Below the pieces are notes generated by a model. It was not told the origin of the DNA and did no database searches. It worked only from the letters and a program-made list of their open reading frames with translations. A DNA stretch of 63,987 nucleotides, counting the filler, from Octopus bimaculoides (taxonomy: Eukaryota), in NCBI RefSeq assembly GCF_001194135.2. It is 8 parts of 8 records of this genome, joined end to end, with 100 filler letters (N's around TTAATTAATTAA, not from the genome) between each part and the next. Parts side by side here need not be neighbours in the genome. Positions count along the whole stretch, not along the records: positions 45,715 to 54,099 come from NC_068984.1; positions 54,200 to 56,162 come from NC_068989.1; positions 56,263 to 61,913 come from NC_068996.1; positions 62,014 to 63,987 come from NW_026380685.1; 4 more parts are not named here. One strand, given 5' to 3'. Of this stretch, positions 51,078 to 63,408 are shown piece by piece. How positions within the stretch are numbered: the first letter of the stretch is position 1; each line of letters begins with the position of its first letter. A program made the position numbers and the translations under genes.

Positions 51078-52687
51078 TCTCTCTTACTCCGAAAGCAACT
51101 ATTAGTGGCAGCACTACAATCTCCAGTCAAGTTTCATATGGATATCAATATCCTTTTCATTATATTTTATCTATTTTATTTTTGCTTATATCATTCATAA
51201 ATACGCAGTGAATGAGATGTGTATAAGGGTTTAAAATGAAATGTTTGCTGAGAAGGCTGCTGAAAGCCTGTTTTGCGATTGTTTGGTACTGCAATTGTTT
51301 ACATATTATAACAGATACAGGATAACTAGCTAGTGATAAAGTGGATATGGAATCAGTACTGAATATAATAACATTTTTTTATGAAACTTCGAGTTGTTTA
51401 TCAGAAACAATCTATAATTATGTCAGGAATCCGGGATTATTAATCGGCCTAATATGCCTTCCTCCCTAATATATACAGGTAAAAAGAAATCACGCTAGGT
51501 ATTTGTATTCCTGTTGTCAGTTCTGTACTAATGAATATATAATGTGGAAATCATTAATTTTGTAGATACAATATTACATAAAATTATATTGTCAACAGAT
51601 ATTAAAAATGAAGAAATATCAGGAGTTTCAGGGTAAATAATTCCTTCCGCTTAACCAAAATAGATATTTGACTAATTAAAATCAAAAGAACAAAAACGTA
51701 TTATATATTGAGTATGTATATTGTGTAGTGTTGTAGTATTGCGCAAAACACCATACAAAATAAAAAAAGAAAAGAAAATTGGTAATGATATAATGTTGCT
51801 TGCAAAAGATTTTATCCTTATGAGGCATATCTAACGTTAATTACAATAGTTGAATCAATATTTTTTTCAACTTACTCCAAATAGAAATAAGCTCATTGGT
51901 AAAACATATGTCGTAACTTCATCTATTTTTCCGCAGTCCGCAGTACATTAATAAAGTTGAACTCAACATACACATGGAACATTTTTATAGCTAAAGCAAC
52001 GAACGAGACACTTGGATATTAAGGGTCCCCACCACCACATACACACACACACACACTGGCATAGCAGACTAGTCATGTTCCATTCAATATTCTGATCAGC
52101 CAATGCCTACTTAAGGAATGAATGAAAATTCGTATCCCGTTATTCAGCCTATCTGTTAAAGCGTAGGGCAAATTAATGTATCGAAGTTAGAAATGTCTCG
52201 TTTTAAACAATACAAGGTATCATCTGCAACGAGATACACTCGTTCTTTTATGGCAATCAGTGGCAATTGGGTTTCTAACAACATGCTTAAAACACAGGAG
52301 GCATAAAGGATGCTCTCTTTTTAAACGTAACATCAAATATGTGTTTTGCTAAGACAGTACGTATATGTGATTATTATCAAGTTCTTTAATTTCTTTACAC
52401 GTTTCTCTGTAGCAGTACATGTTTAAAGAAAATAGAACATAAGTCTTATGTAGTTATCAACGAAAAAACTTCCAAATATCTTAAAATAAAGCATTTTGTT
52501 CAGGAAATGTGTTGCATTAAAACAGTTAACAAGTGGAAAAGTAGGATAAATGTTAACAAATATAACTTCAGGATGGATTCGAAAAAATATGTGATAGAAA
52601 CATAAGAAATAGAAGAGACAAAACAATATGAAGAGAGAAATATATGTGTGAGAAAGCAGGTATATAGATAAATAAAGATAGAAATGG

Positions 52688-52695
52688 CAGAGAGG

Positions 52696-52729
<34 letters not shown>

Positions 52730-53243
52730 AAGAGAGACAGAGAGAGAGAAAAAGAGAGAGAGAGAGAAAGAGAGAGATAGAGAGAGAGAGAAAGAGGGGA
52801 TATTCATATGGCAAGTGAGTAAAGAATACAACATTCAATAGTGAATAGTTTAAAATATAACCAAGATGTAAAAAAAATTACTCTGTAGATGTAGGCACAG
52901 ATTAATAAGAGTATATAATGTGATATAAGAAAAGAAAAGGTAATTATACTTACACACACACACATTNNNNNNNNNNNNNNNNNNNNNNNNNNNNNNNNNN
53001 NNNNNNNNNNNNNNNNNNNNNNNNNNNNNNNNNNNNNNNNNNNNNNNNNNNNNNNNNNNNNNNNNNNNNNNNNNNNNNNNNNNNNNNNNNNNNNNNNNNN
53101 NNNNNNNNNNNNNNNNNNNNNNNNNNATATGTAGGTATGTTTATATATAACTATGTGTGTTTATTCGCGCGTGTGTGTGTATGAATCTATGTTTATGTTT
53201 GTGTGTATGTACGTATGTATGAATGTATGCATAATCGTGCATA

Positions 53244-53325
<82 letters not shown>

Positions 53326-53941
53326 GTATACGCATATATGTTTACGTAAGAATCTATGAACTTACACACAGACCCACGCTCGCATACGCTCACACACTCA
53401 CACACGCACACGCGTACATTTGTGTGTATCAGCATGTGTATGTATATATACATTTAGAGTGCTTACCTACCCGAATGTACATGTGTTAAGTGAGAGAGTA
53501 TGCAACTAGTCCTTCATAGAAACATATATTTATTATCTATTTAATTATTGATAGCATCATCTTTAGAATTCAAATCTAAAATGCGTTTGAGTTTGTTTAA
53601 AACCCGATGCGAAATTTGAGTTTGAAACAGATATTTAAGTGCATTGTATTGTATCGGAAACGGCAGATTGAATACGTATCAACTGTAACAACATTCCAAT
53701 TTTTTTTTTTAAAGAATCCTGTATTCGAAATCAATGTTATCTTCTATCCCTATTGATATTTGTCATATAATGTACGGTTGGAACTATGTGTAAAATCGCG
53801 TGTTATCATTGTTAATAATATAAACACAACCAACATAATCACATAGCGATAAATAAAACAAATGTATTGCGTTTTGATATATGGAAACCTATATCTATTT
53901 ATCTATCTATCTGTCTATCTATCTATCTATCTATCTATCTG

Positions 53942-54012
<71 letters not shown>

Positions 54013-54199
54013 CTTCTCACGGACGTGCTGTCACATCGGCTGCGAAGGTAAACGTTTATTTGACCTTTTACTGTCCACATTTTGTTGGAATTTTAAAATN
54101 NNNNNNNNNNNNNNNNNNNNNNNNNNNNNNNNNNNNNNNNNNNTTAATTAATTAANNNNNNNNNNNNNNNNNNNNNNNNNNNNNNNNNNNNNNNNNNNN

Positions 54200-54278
<79 letters not shown>

Positions 54279-55127
54279 TATTCTATAATTGTAGTGCAGA
54301 ATACACGAAGCGTTGAATCATTCTATAGTGATTTGGGGGTTAACGAATCTAACGATTCTCTTGTTAAATTTATGCAGGAATTAAGAGTTAATAAAACCCC
54401 TCTCTTGAATATCAACCCCCAAGCATACAATTACGAATACATAATGAGAACAACAGCAACAAGAAAAACAAAAGCAACAACAAAAACAACAGCAGCATAA
54501 TTTCTGCTGACACTTTCAGACATCAACGATTTCGTTGTCATCGAAATAAACAGTAATTGTCTCCTTAATTACAGAATGTCCGTCACGAAACCGTTCGCTC
54601 AATCTGAAGAACATACTTAATGTGTTGAAATGTCCAAGCACTTCATCATGAAACAACCAACATCAATTAAATGTGTGTCAATAATGGTTTAGCGAAACAG
54701 ACTGGCAAACAGAATCATATCACAACGTAAGTATCGGTTAAGGATAGCGGAATCGATTTAATCGAATATACGTTCATGAGGAGAACAGAAAAGAAAAAGG
54801 AAAAGGAAAGCTCAAAACGGTGTGGTTAAGCAAGTTATTTCTCAAGCATATGGTTCTGGGTTCAGTTCCATTGTGCCACACCTCATCCAAGTGTTTTCTA
54901 CTGGTAGCTGCGGGTCGACTATATCATATCTGGACCGCGGCCACGTTGGGGAACCGTCTTGAAGAGTACTTAAGTTTTATGTCTAATACTTATTCTGTCA
55001 GTTTCTTTAGCCGAACTGCTAAATTACGGGGACGCGTGAGGGACAGATATTGACACAAAGACACAAAAATATGCATACATACATACATACATACATACAT
55101 ACATACATACATACATACATACGTACC

Positions 55128-55161
<34 letters not shown>

Positions 55162-55806
55162 CATACATACATACATGCAAACAAGAATACCCTGTTGTTG
55201 ATGTTGAAATTCCAACGAAGCAGCCTTGGATCTAGGTTAGAAACCGGTTCTTTCTCTATTGGCAAGGTATCTTGAAATAAAACTGAACAATGACATACAT
55301 ACATAACTACATACATATAGACATACAGAAATCCATCCATCCATCTATCCATCCATCCATCCATACATACATATATACATACATACATACATACATGGCG
55401 TTGTGAGTTTATATAGTAGGTAGATAGATAGCCTAGTGAAAAACTAGACACACAGCTGATGGATGGCTGTTTCTCTTTCTTTCTCTTTCTCTCTCTCGCT
55501 CTCTGTCTCTCTCTCCGCACACACACACACACACACACATACTTATAAACATTATATGTACCTATATTCTATAATATAAATATATCGATAAGCGGGAAGG
55601 GAAGGTGAGGGGGAGAGAAGGAAGAGATAGAAATGTATAATGTGCGACAGAAATACCTATATAATTATATACCTGTAATGAATAATATAGCTACATGTAT
55701 AAGGAGAGAGAGAGAGAGAAAGAGAGAGAGGGGGGAGGAAGAGGAAAAAAGAGACAGACGAACAGAATGAGAGGAAGAGATAAAGAGATAAAGAAAGAGA
55801 GAGAGG

Positions 55807-55840
<34 letters not shown>

Positions 55841-55870
55841 GAGAGAGAGAGGTTCCATGCCTGTATTGAG
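52688..55870. repeat. Dense microsatellite field: (GA)n, (GATA)n, (TATC)n, (TG)n, (CATA)n, (CATC)n, with SINE fragments at 54818-55070 and 55180-55290
   Basis: Directly visible simple repeats. Confidence 0.95.
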
Positions 55871-56262
55871 TAAGGTAAAATAATAATAATAATAATAACA
55901 ATGAAAATAATAATGTTTGGCTAAGTAAATGGTTAGTTGGCAATAGCAACATTGGATAATGGTATCTGTGTAGAAACAGTGCCATTTACTTTTGGTAAGA
56001 TTCCAGCTACTTGCAGACGATGCATTTCTCAACCACCGCTGCAATTCTCCTCCTCTTCTCACCACCACCACCACCACCACCACCACCAAAAACAACAACA
56101 GCTCCACCAGCACCACCACTAACATGAGCAACAGCTCCACCAGCACCAGCACCACCAGCATCNNNNNNNNNNNNNNNNNNNNNNNNNNNNNNNNNNNNNN
56201 NNNNNNTTAATTAATTAANNNNNNNNNNNNNNNNNNNNNNNNNNNNNNNNNNNNNNNNNNNN

Positions 56263-56335
56263 CCACCTGGACGTTTTATTTGACAACATCTTCCACCGTG
56301 TTTACATCTTCCTTTTGGACACAACCAGTCTTCAC
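56263..56335 (-). CDS. Candidate internal coding exon, N-terminal half of an EGF-like Cys-rich domain, truncated by a spacer
   Basis: Branch point CTAAC (56374-56370), pyrimidine tract tctcattttgtctttcattttCAG|G. Phase-1 translation is (G)EDWLCPKGRCKHGGRCCQIKRPGG, containing the EGF CxHGGxC motif. Confidence 0.6.
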
Positions 56336-57669
56336 CTGAAAATGAAAGACAAAATGAGATACGTAGAAGGTTAGAACTTGATTTAACTTAGACAAATAGC
56401 ATTTCTGTAACTAAAACAGGTTTTATTTCAATATTCTGTTGATTAAAATACCCCTTTGTTTAATATGCCAAGAATGGGTGCATGTACATATACAGTGTTT
56501 TTAGGCCATCTCAAGAGACAAAAACAATTGGACATAGGTTTGCATAGATCATTGTCAATGTCATCATTATTAACTTCCACTTTTCTAAGTGTGTGCATGG
56601 GTCAGATGGAATTTGTTGAGGTAGATTATTTTCTACAGCTGTTATCAACCCTCACCTGCTAGGGTCTTTCTCCCCCTCCTTTCCACCCTTTCTCCCACCC
56701 TCTATCTCTTTCACTCTTTCTCACTTACACATCATTATGTCTACTCCATATTTGGTTATGTTTCCCTGTTATTTCTGTTATACATTAACAACATCCCTAT
56801 TATGAATAATGTACAATAAGGCGGTGTGGGTGATAGCTACATCTTTTGCAGGCAGATACTGTCCATACCTCCCGAAGAAAGATGATATGTTCTATGAACA
56901 CACACACTGAATTATGTTTTCTCTTATTTCATAGAACTGAAGGGCAGCACCACCATAATCCTTTATAGGCTCTATGAGACTGATGGGAGCTGGTAAGGAA
57001 TGTATTCTCAAACTAGGGATCTGGACACTGGCCTGGAATGTATTCAGGATGTTGAGGCAGTGATATTGGACTGAGAAGTGTGGCAAGTGGACTTTGTTGT
57101 GGACCTGGTTGGAGCCTAGCCATAATAATAATAACAACAACAACAACAACAACAATAGAGCTGGACCAAATGCTTGTAACAGAGTGATTTTTGCTAAAAT
57201 CACTCCCGGACATGAAGGTGGTGTAGTAGCTTCCTGATTAGATTTGAACTGATTCACTTGGATTTTCCGTCAAGAACCACAGCCTAATAATATATCCATA
57301 AAAGGTGTGATTAGCTACTTGAACCTAATTTTTGTGGCCACAAAAGGCATCAATGCCCATGTTGATGTTTACTGGTCTGTTTCAAAGAAAAAGACAAGGA
57401 AATCTGTAGCAGTTTTGGCAAACGGCAAATGGCAAAAGAATTTAAATGTTATTGTTCTTGGTGTAATTACAGTAGCAGTCAAAAAGTAATCTGCTGGTCA
57501 TGTGCTGCTGTTACCAATCGTTCATTGTGGTTGTTGTCAGCTTGGGTCAGCTGCTGTCCATCATCTCTGTTAGCTGTTTCCAATGTTATCTGTCAATGCT
57601 CTCTCTGTTGTTGCTCAAGCTCTCCCTATACTGTTTCTCAATGCTCTCTGGTTAAGTAGCTAAAGTGTG

Positions 57670-59606
57670 CTGAAGTTATACAGAGTAGTATACTTCACTG
57701 TACTGTGCCCATGAACAACACACTTAAGTATCAACAGCTCTGTCTACATAACTGCACGTAGGTACCACAATGTGGTATAGCTCAATGTATTGTGTCCATC
57801 AACAAAACACTTAAATATCAACAGTCCAGTCTACCTAGTTGTAAGTAGGAGGTATGACTGTGTTGTGTAGTTCACTTTACTGTACCCATGACCAACATAC
57901 ATAAATCTCAACAGTCCAGTCTACATAGGTGTAAGTAGGTACCACAGTGTGGTATAGTTCACTGCATTGTGTCTATTATGAGCACAGTTCAATTTCAATA
58001 GTCCAGTCTACCTAGTTATAAGCAGGAACCACCATATGGTATAGTTCACTGTACTGTGTCCATTACCAACATGCTTAACTGTCAACAGTCCAGTCTACCT
58101 ATCTGTAAGTAGGTACCACAGTGTGGTACAGTTCACTGTACTGTGTCCATGACAAACACACTTAACTGTCTACAATCCACTTTACCTTGCTGTAAGTAGG
58201 TACCAGTCTGGTATTATTCACTGTACAGTGGCCATGACCATCACACTTAACTTTCCACTGGTCAGTCTACTTAGTGGAAAGTAGGTACCACCGTGTGATA
58301 TAGTTCACTATACTGTGTCTATTGCCAACACACTTAACTATCAACAGTCCAGTGTACCTAGCTGGAAATAGCTACCACAGTGTGGTATAGTTCACTCTAT
58401 TGTGTCCATAACGAACACACTTAAATGTTAAAAGTTAAGTCTACTTAGTTCTACATAGGAACCAAAATGTGGTATAATTTACTGTACTGTATCCATTACC
58501 AGCACCTTTAGCTGTCAAGAATCCAGTCTACTTAGCTGTAAGTAGGTACCACAGTGTGATATAGCTAACTATACTGTGCTCGTGACCAATGCACTTAACT
58601 ATCAACAGCCCAGTGTAGCTGGCTGTAAATAGGTACCACAGTGTGGTATACTTCACTGTACTATATCTATGACCAAGACACTTAACTGTTTACACTTCAG
58701 TCAACCTAGCTGTAAGTAGGTACCACAGTGTAATATAATTCTCTGTACTATGTCCATAATGAACGCACTAAACTGTCAACATACCAGCTGTCAACATACT
58801 AAACTGTCAACATACTAGCTGTACATAGGTACCGCATTGTAGTATGTTCACTACTGTGTCTATGACCAACACACTCAACTGTCAACAGTCCAGTCTACCT
58901 AGCTATAAGTAGGTACCACAGTGTGGTATATTTCCCTGTAGCATTTCTATGACCAACACATTTTGTCCATGACCAAGACACTTAACTGTCAACAGTCCAG
59001 TCTTTCTAGCTGTAGGTTGGTACCACAATGTTTTATAGCTCACTGAACTATGGCCATGACACAAACACTTAACGGTCTACACTTCAGTCTACCTAACTGT
59101 AAGTTGATACCACTGTGTAGTATACTTCACCATACTGTATCCATGATCAACAGTTCAGTCTTCCTAGCTGTAGTTAAGTACCATGGTATAGCTCACTGTA
59201 CTGTGTCCATGATAAATACACTTAATGTCAACAGTCCAGTCTACCTAGCTGTAAGTAGGTACCACAATGTGGTATAGTTCACTGTACTGTGTCCATGATA
59301 AACACACTTAATGTCAACAGTCCAGTCTACCTAGCTGTAAGTAGGTACCACAGTGTGTTATAGTTCCTTGTACTGTGTCCATGACCAACACACTAAACTG
59401 TCCACAACCCACTCTAACAGTAAGTAGATTCCACGGCGTGGTATAGTTCACTGTTCTGTGTCCATTAACAACACACTTAACTGTCCACAGTCCAGTATAC
59501 CTGGATGCAAGTAGGTAGCACAGTGTGGTATACTTCACTGTACTGTGTCCATGAAGAATACACTTACATGTCAACAGTCCACTCTACCTAGGTGTAGGTA
59601 GGTATC
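57670..59606. repeat. 87-bp tandem satellite/minisatellite, about 23 units, ends at a gap
   Basis: Consensus ctgtaagtaggtaccacagtgtggtatagttcactgtactgtgtccatgaccaacacacttaactgtcaacagtccagtctacctag. The GGTACC anchor recurs at 57938, 58025, 58112, 58199 and onward at 87-bp steps. Confidence 0.95.
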
Positions 59607-59713
59607 NNNNNNNNNNNNNNNNNNNNNNNNNNNNNNNNNNNNNNNNNNNNNNNNNNNNNNNNNNNNNNNNNNNNNNNNNNNNNNNNNNNNNNNNNNNNNN
59701 NNNNNNTATATAG

Positions 59714-59870
59714 CAGGCTTCCACACAGTTTCCATCTACAAAGTTCACTCACAAGCCACTAGTCAGTCTAGAGTAATAAAAGAAAACACTTGCCCAAAGT
59801 GCCACACAGTGGGACTGAACCCATAACCATATGGGTACAAAGTGAGATTCTTAACCACACAGCCATACCT
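59714..59870 (-). mobile_element. tRNA-derived SINE 5' half
   Basis: cacttgcccaaagtgccacacagtgggactgaacc...ttaaccacacagccatacct. Confidence 0.8.
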
Positions 59871-60914
59871 GTTTATTTTCAAGCAGTTCTGTGCAAAATA
59901 TGTATTTTGGTTAGACTTCTACTTTCAAATTACAAACGTATGCATAACTTTGGAGACAGAAATCAATAACGCAGCCAAATGTCTCCTTTGAATGTGTATC
60001 ATCTCCTTAACATGCACCATACTTGCACTGATTGTTTTAAATGCTTGTTTAATTGCAAGCAGACACTCCAGCTTGCTACCTGTTTACTGTTAAAACTGGC
60101 CATTCACACTTATCCTACAATATCATTACAAAAATAAACAATCCCACCACTGGAATCATGATGCTGTGACATAATGCATGATTAATTCAAAACGACGTGA
60201 ATAAATAAGCCTATATTTGATACAGTAATTTAAATACTCAGGTTAAACCCAGTGCTACAATGAGAATGTGACAAAAGGGTGAGAAGGTTATACCTGCAGC
60301 TGGCTGGTACTTATAGCTGAATACACTGGAGCAATTGCAAATGAAGTGCTTTGCTCAAGGACAATGCATTGTCCAATTCAGTAATTGAACCCATGATGTT
60401 ATGATCATGAGCCAAACACATTAACCATTCATGCTCACCTAAATGTTATATTTTCATGAAATATTAATTACTGCATGTACAGCAAGTCAATTTCTGTTAT
60501 CTTTAGATCTTGCAGTATTTTAATCCATCTTACACAAAGAAATTCAACCTGTTTCATATCAACCCAAGACCACTTTTGGTTCTACAATACAAACTTACTG
60601 TTTTAAAGTGATTTAAATTAAAACCTTCCATCAAAACTTTCATGGATATTTTCCAAACACGAGCTTAAAACAATTTAAGTTACTTTTCTTTTATCTTCGA
60701 AGTTAATAAAAACCAAAGCAGTATTATTTCAACCGAAATATCGTAACAAGAGAAAAGGATATTAAAGCAATACCTTAACCTGAGATTTTGATAATTCTTT
60801 TTTTTACAGCACTTGTATATTGCATAAAGACCAAACATTTATTGTCTGGTATAAGTTTTGTAAAATGTTTTGTATGACATTTTGCTTTTCTATTAATAGA
60901 GGATAAATATTTAC

Positions 60915-60987
60915 CCTCTGTGACAATTACGATAAATACTTGAAGGGAAAACAGGATGTTCCATCTTCGGATGTCCTTCTTTACCAT
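60915..60987 (-). CDS. Candidate first coding exon encoding a signal peptide
   Basis: MVKKDIRRWNILFSLQVFIVIVTE-G has a basic n-region, a hydrophobic h-region and small residues at -3/-1. Phase-1 donor GAGG|GTAAAT matches the acceptor phase at 56335. Confidence 0.45.
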
Positions 60988-62013
60988 TTGAAATGATCCA
61001 CACAGTCATATTCCTAACATCCACACTTGTATGGATTGGACAGAATTTGTTGAGGAAGATTTTCTAGTTGGATGCCAACCTTCACTTGTTCCCAATTGAG
61101 ATATCCATGGCCAGACATGTTTTCACAGAAGATTGGAAACAAAGAAATGTGAAAAACTTCAATTAGTTGGAAGATTGTAAAAGCCAGAGACCAGTTCATA
61201 ACCCAGAAAGATTGAGAGAACAGGATAAGGAAGGTGCTTCAAAAATTGTGGAAAGTAGTGGAACAAAATAAGACATATGTAGTTCAATAATGGTATGTCC
61301 CAGCCTAATATGTATATTGTTGACTTTGTAAGAATTTATAAACTTTGAGATAATGTGAAAAAAGGTTTTGGAACAGTGAATTTTGAAGCAAATAAAACTA
61401 TAACAACATGTAAATATTGTTAAAAATTCCTCTGGATAAAACCCACATCTCCTGTAAATATGGCAAGTGTTCTACCATTGTACCAATCCTTTGAATTTCT
61501 CTATTAATTTAAAAATTCTTTCTTGTGAGAATTGTATGTTGTTCACAAGTCAAGAATTTACAAACTCCCAAGAACTGAAATAATTCTTTTTTGTAACAGT
61601 GGATCTCAAAGCAGAAATGCCTGTCATTATATACAGGAAATGTGGGTGCGAATTTGACAAGTAACCTTTAACTTTTCTATTCAGAAGATTTTTAACCCAA
61701 TATTTAGCTTTGTCTGCTTCAAGAACAATCATTCCAAAGATGGAATGATAGATGCACTGATTTTGGAAATATAATCCTAGAGAAAAGATTTTTTTTTATA
61801 CTGCCCAAAGCCCCATCCCCATGATCAGGTAAGGTCTAATTAGCACACCCTAAATGCTTATTGGAGAAACCAGCTGAATACACCAGCCCAATGTTCAGTA
61901 AAAATCACCAAAGNNNNNNNNNNNNNNNNNNNNNNNNNNNNNNNNNNNNNNNNNNNNTTAATTAATTAANNNNNNNNNNNNNNNNNNNNNNNNNNNNNNN
62001 NNNNNNNNNNNNN

Positions 62014-62935
62014 ATGGTCATTTGGTGAGAATAGATGAGGATAGCTGTGTGAAAAAGTGCCACCACAGCCTAGCAGTTGAGGGTACCTGTGAAAGAGGTA
62101 GACCCAGGAAGATCTGGGATGAGGTGGTGAAGCACGACCTTCGAACATTAGGCCTCACCGAGGTAATGACTAGTGACCGAGACCTGTGGAAATATGCTGT
62201 GCGTGAGAAGACCCGGCAAGCCAAGTGAGACCATAACCCATACCCTTTACCAGGAGTGCAGCCAGCCCACTTATGCGTACCTTTCCTTCTTTGGACACAA
62301 AACCCTGCTTGCGAAGACCTGTTGAGGCAAGTGAAATCAAAATTGAAATCGAATTCAAGATCGAACTAAATTCGATGACTGGCACCCATGCCAACCTTCC
62401 TTCATTGGACACTAAACTCTGCTTGCAAAAACCTCTTGGGTAAGTGAAATCGAAATTGAACAAAATTCGATGACTGGCACCTGTGCCAGTGGAGCGCTTA
62501 CAGCACCATCCAAGCGGGATCACTGCCAGAGCAGCGGCCTGGCTTCTGTGCCGGTGGCACGTAAAAAGCACCATTTGAGCATGATCATTACCAGCACTTA
62601 CTGGCACTTGTGCTGGTGGCACATTAACAAAACATTTGAGCGAGGTCGTTGCCAGTGCTGCTGGACTTACTCCTGTGCAGGGGGCACGTAAAAAACACCA
62701 TTTGAGCGTGGCTGTTGCCAGTACCGCCGGACTGGCCCTCGTGCCAGTGGCATGTAAAAGCACCCACTACACTCTCAGAGTGGTTGGCTTTAGGAAGGGC
62801 ATCCAGCTGTAGAAACTCTGCCAGATCAGATTGGAGCCTGATGCAGCCATCTGGTTCGCCAGTCCACAGTTAAATCGTCCAACCCATGCTAACATGGAAA
62901 GTGGACGTTAAACGATGATGATGATGATGATGATG
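62014..62935 (+). mobile_element. RTE LINE 3' end with full 3' UTR and (GAT)n tail
   Basis: EDSCVKKC...RGRPRKIWDEVVKHDL...REKTRQAK*; terminus ggacgttaaacgatgatgatg. Confidence 0.9.
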
Positions 62936-63311
62936 TATATATGTGTATGTATATATATATATATATATTATGCAAGCACCTGTTGATGAATGATTGTATT
63001 TGCTTATTTGACTTAACTGTTATTCGCCATGTCTCAATAACACCGCTTTTACGTTAGTGTTAAAAATTCTTATTTTGTTCTTTATTGAAATTACACTTGT
63101 GCTCCATACTTTTTTTAACAGGTGAAAAGCGGTCCTTGCCTTACTTATTCTCGTCTTAATATCTTCGTCGGTGCTGCCTCAGAACATTATCTTACTACCT
63201 AAATACGTAAACTCGGCTACATCTTCTAGTTCACCAGTTTCTAGTTTAATACGTTCGTTGTTTTCTTCATTAACGTGCCTATACTCCACGTTGGAGGGTT
63301 AAAGGCAAGAA

Positions 63312-63402
<91 letters not shown>

Positions 63403-63408
<6 letters not shown>

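Noticed and set aside
54294-54500. 68-aa ORF (QNTRSVESFYSDLG...)
   Set aside because: It has no true ATG context or recognisable motif and ends in (ACA)n low complexity.
52500-55985. ORFs rich in LSLS, YLSI, CVCV, YIYI or ERER
   Set aside because: They are translations of di- and tetranucleotide microsatellites with no domain signal.
56892-57257. 121-aa minus-strand ORF with a poly-Leu 'membrane' stretch
   Set aside because: The hydrophobic run is an (AAT/AAC)n microsatellite, probably the tail of a plus-strand retroelement remnant.
57670-59606. CRISPR array, C2H2 zinc-finger tandem, or stop-readthrough repeat protein
   Set aside because: There are no unique spacers (the whole unit repeats) and no cas genes, and the context is eukaryotic. 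The unit is 87 bp rather than the 84 bp of C2H2 repeats and lacks CxxC...HxxxH/TGEKP. Stops occur in all frames and many units have frame-breaking indels.
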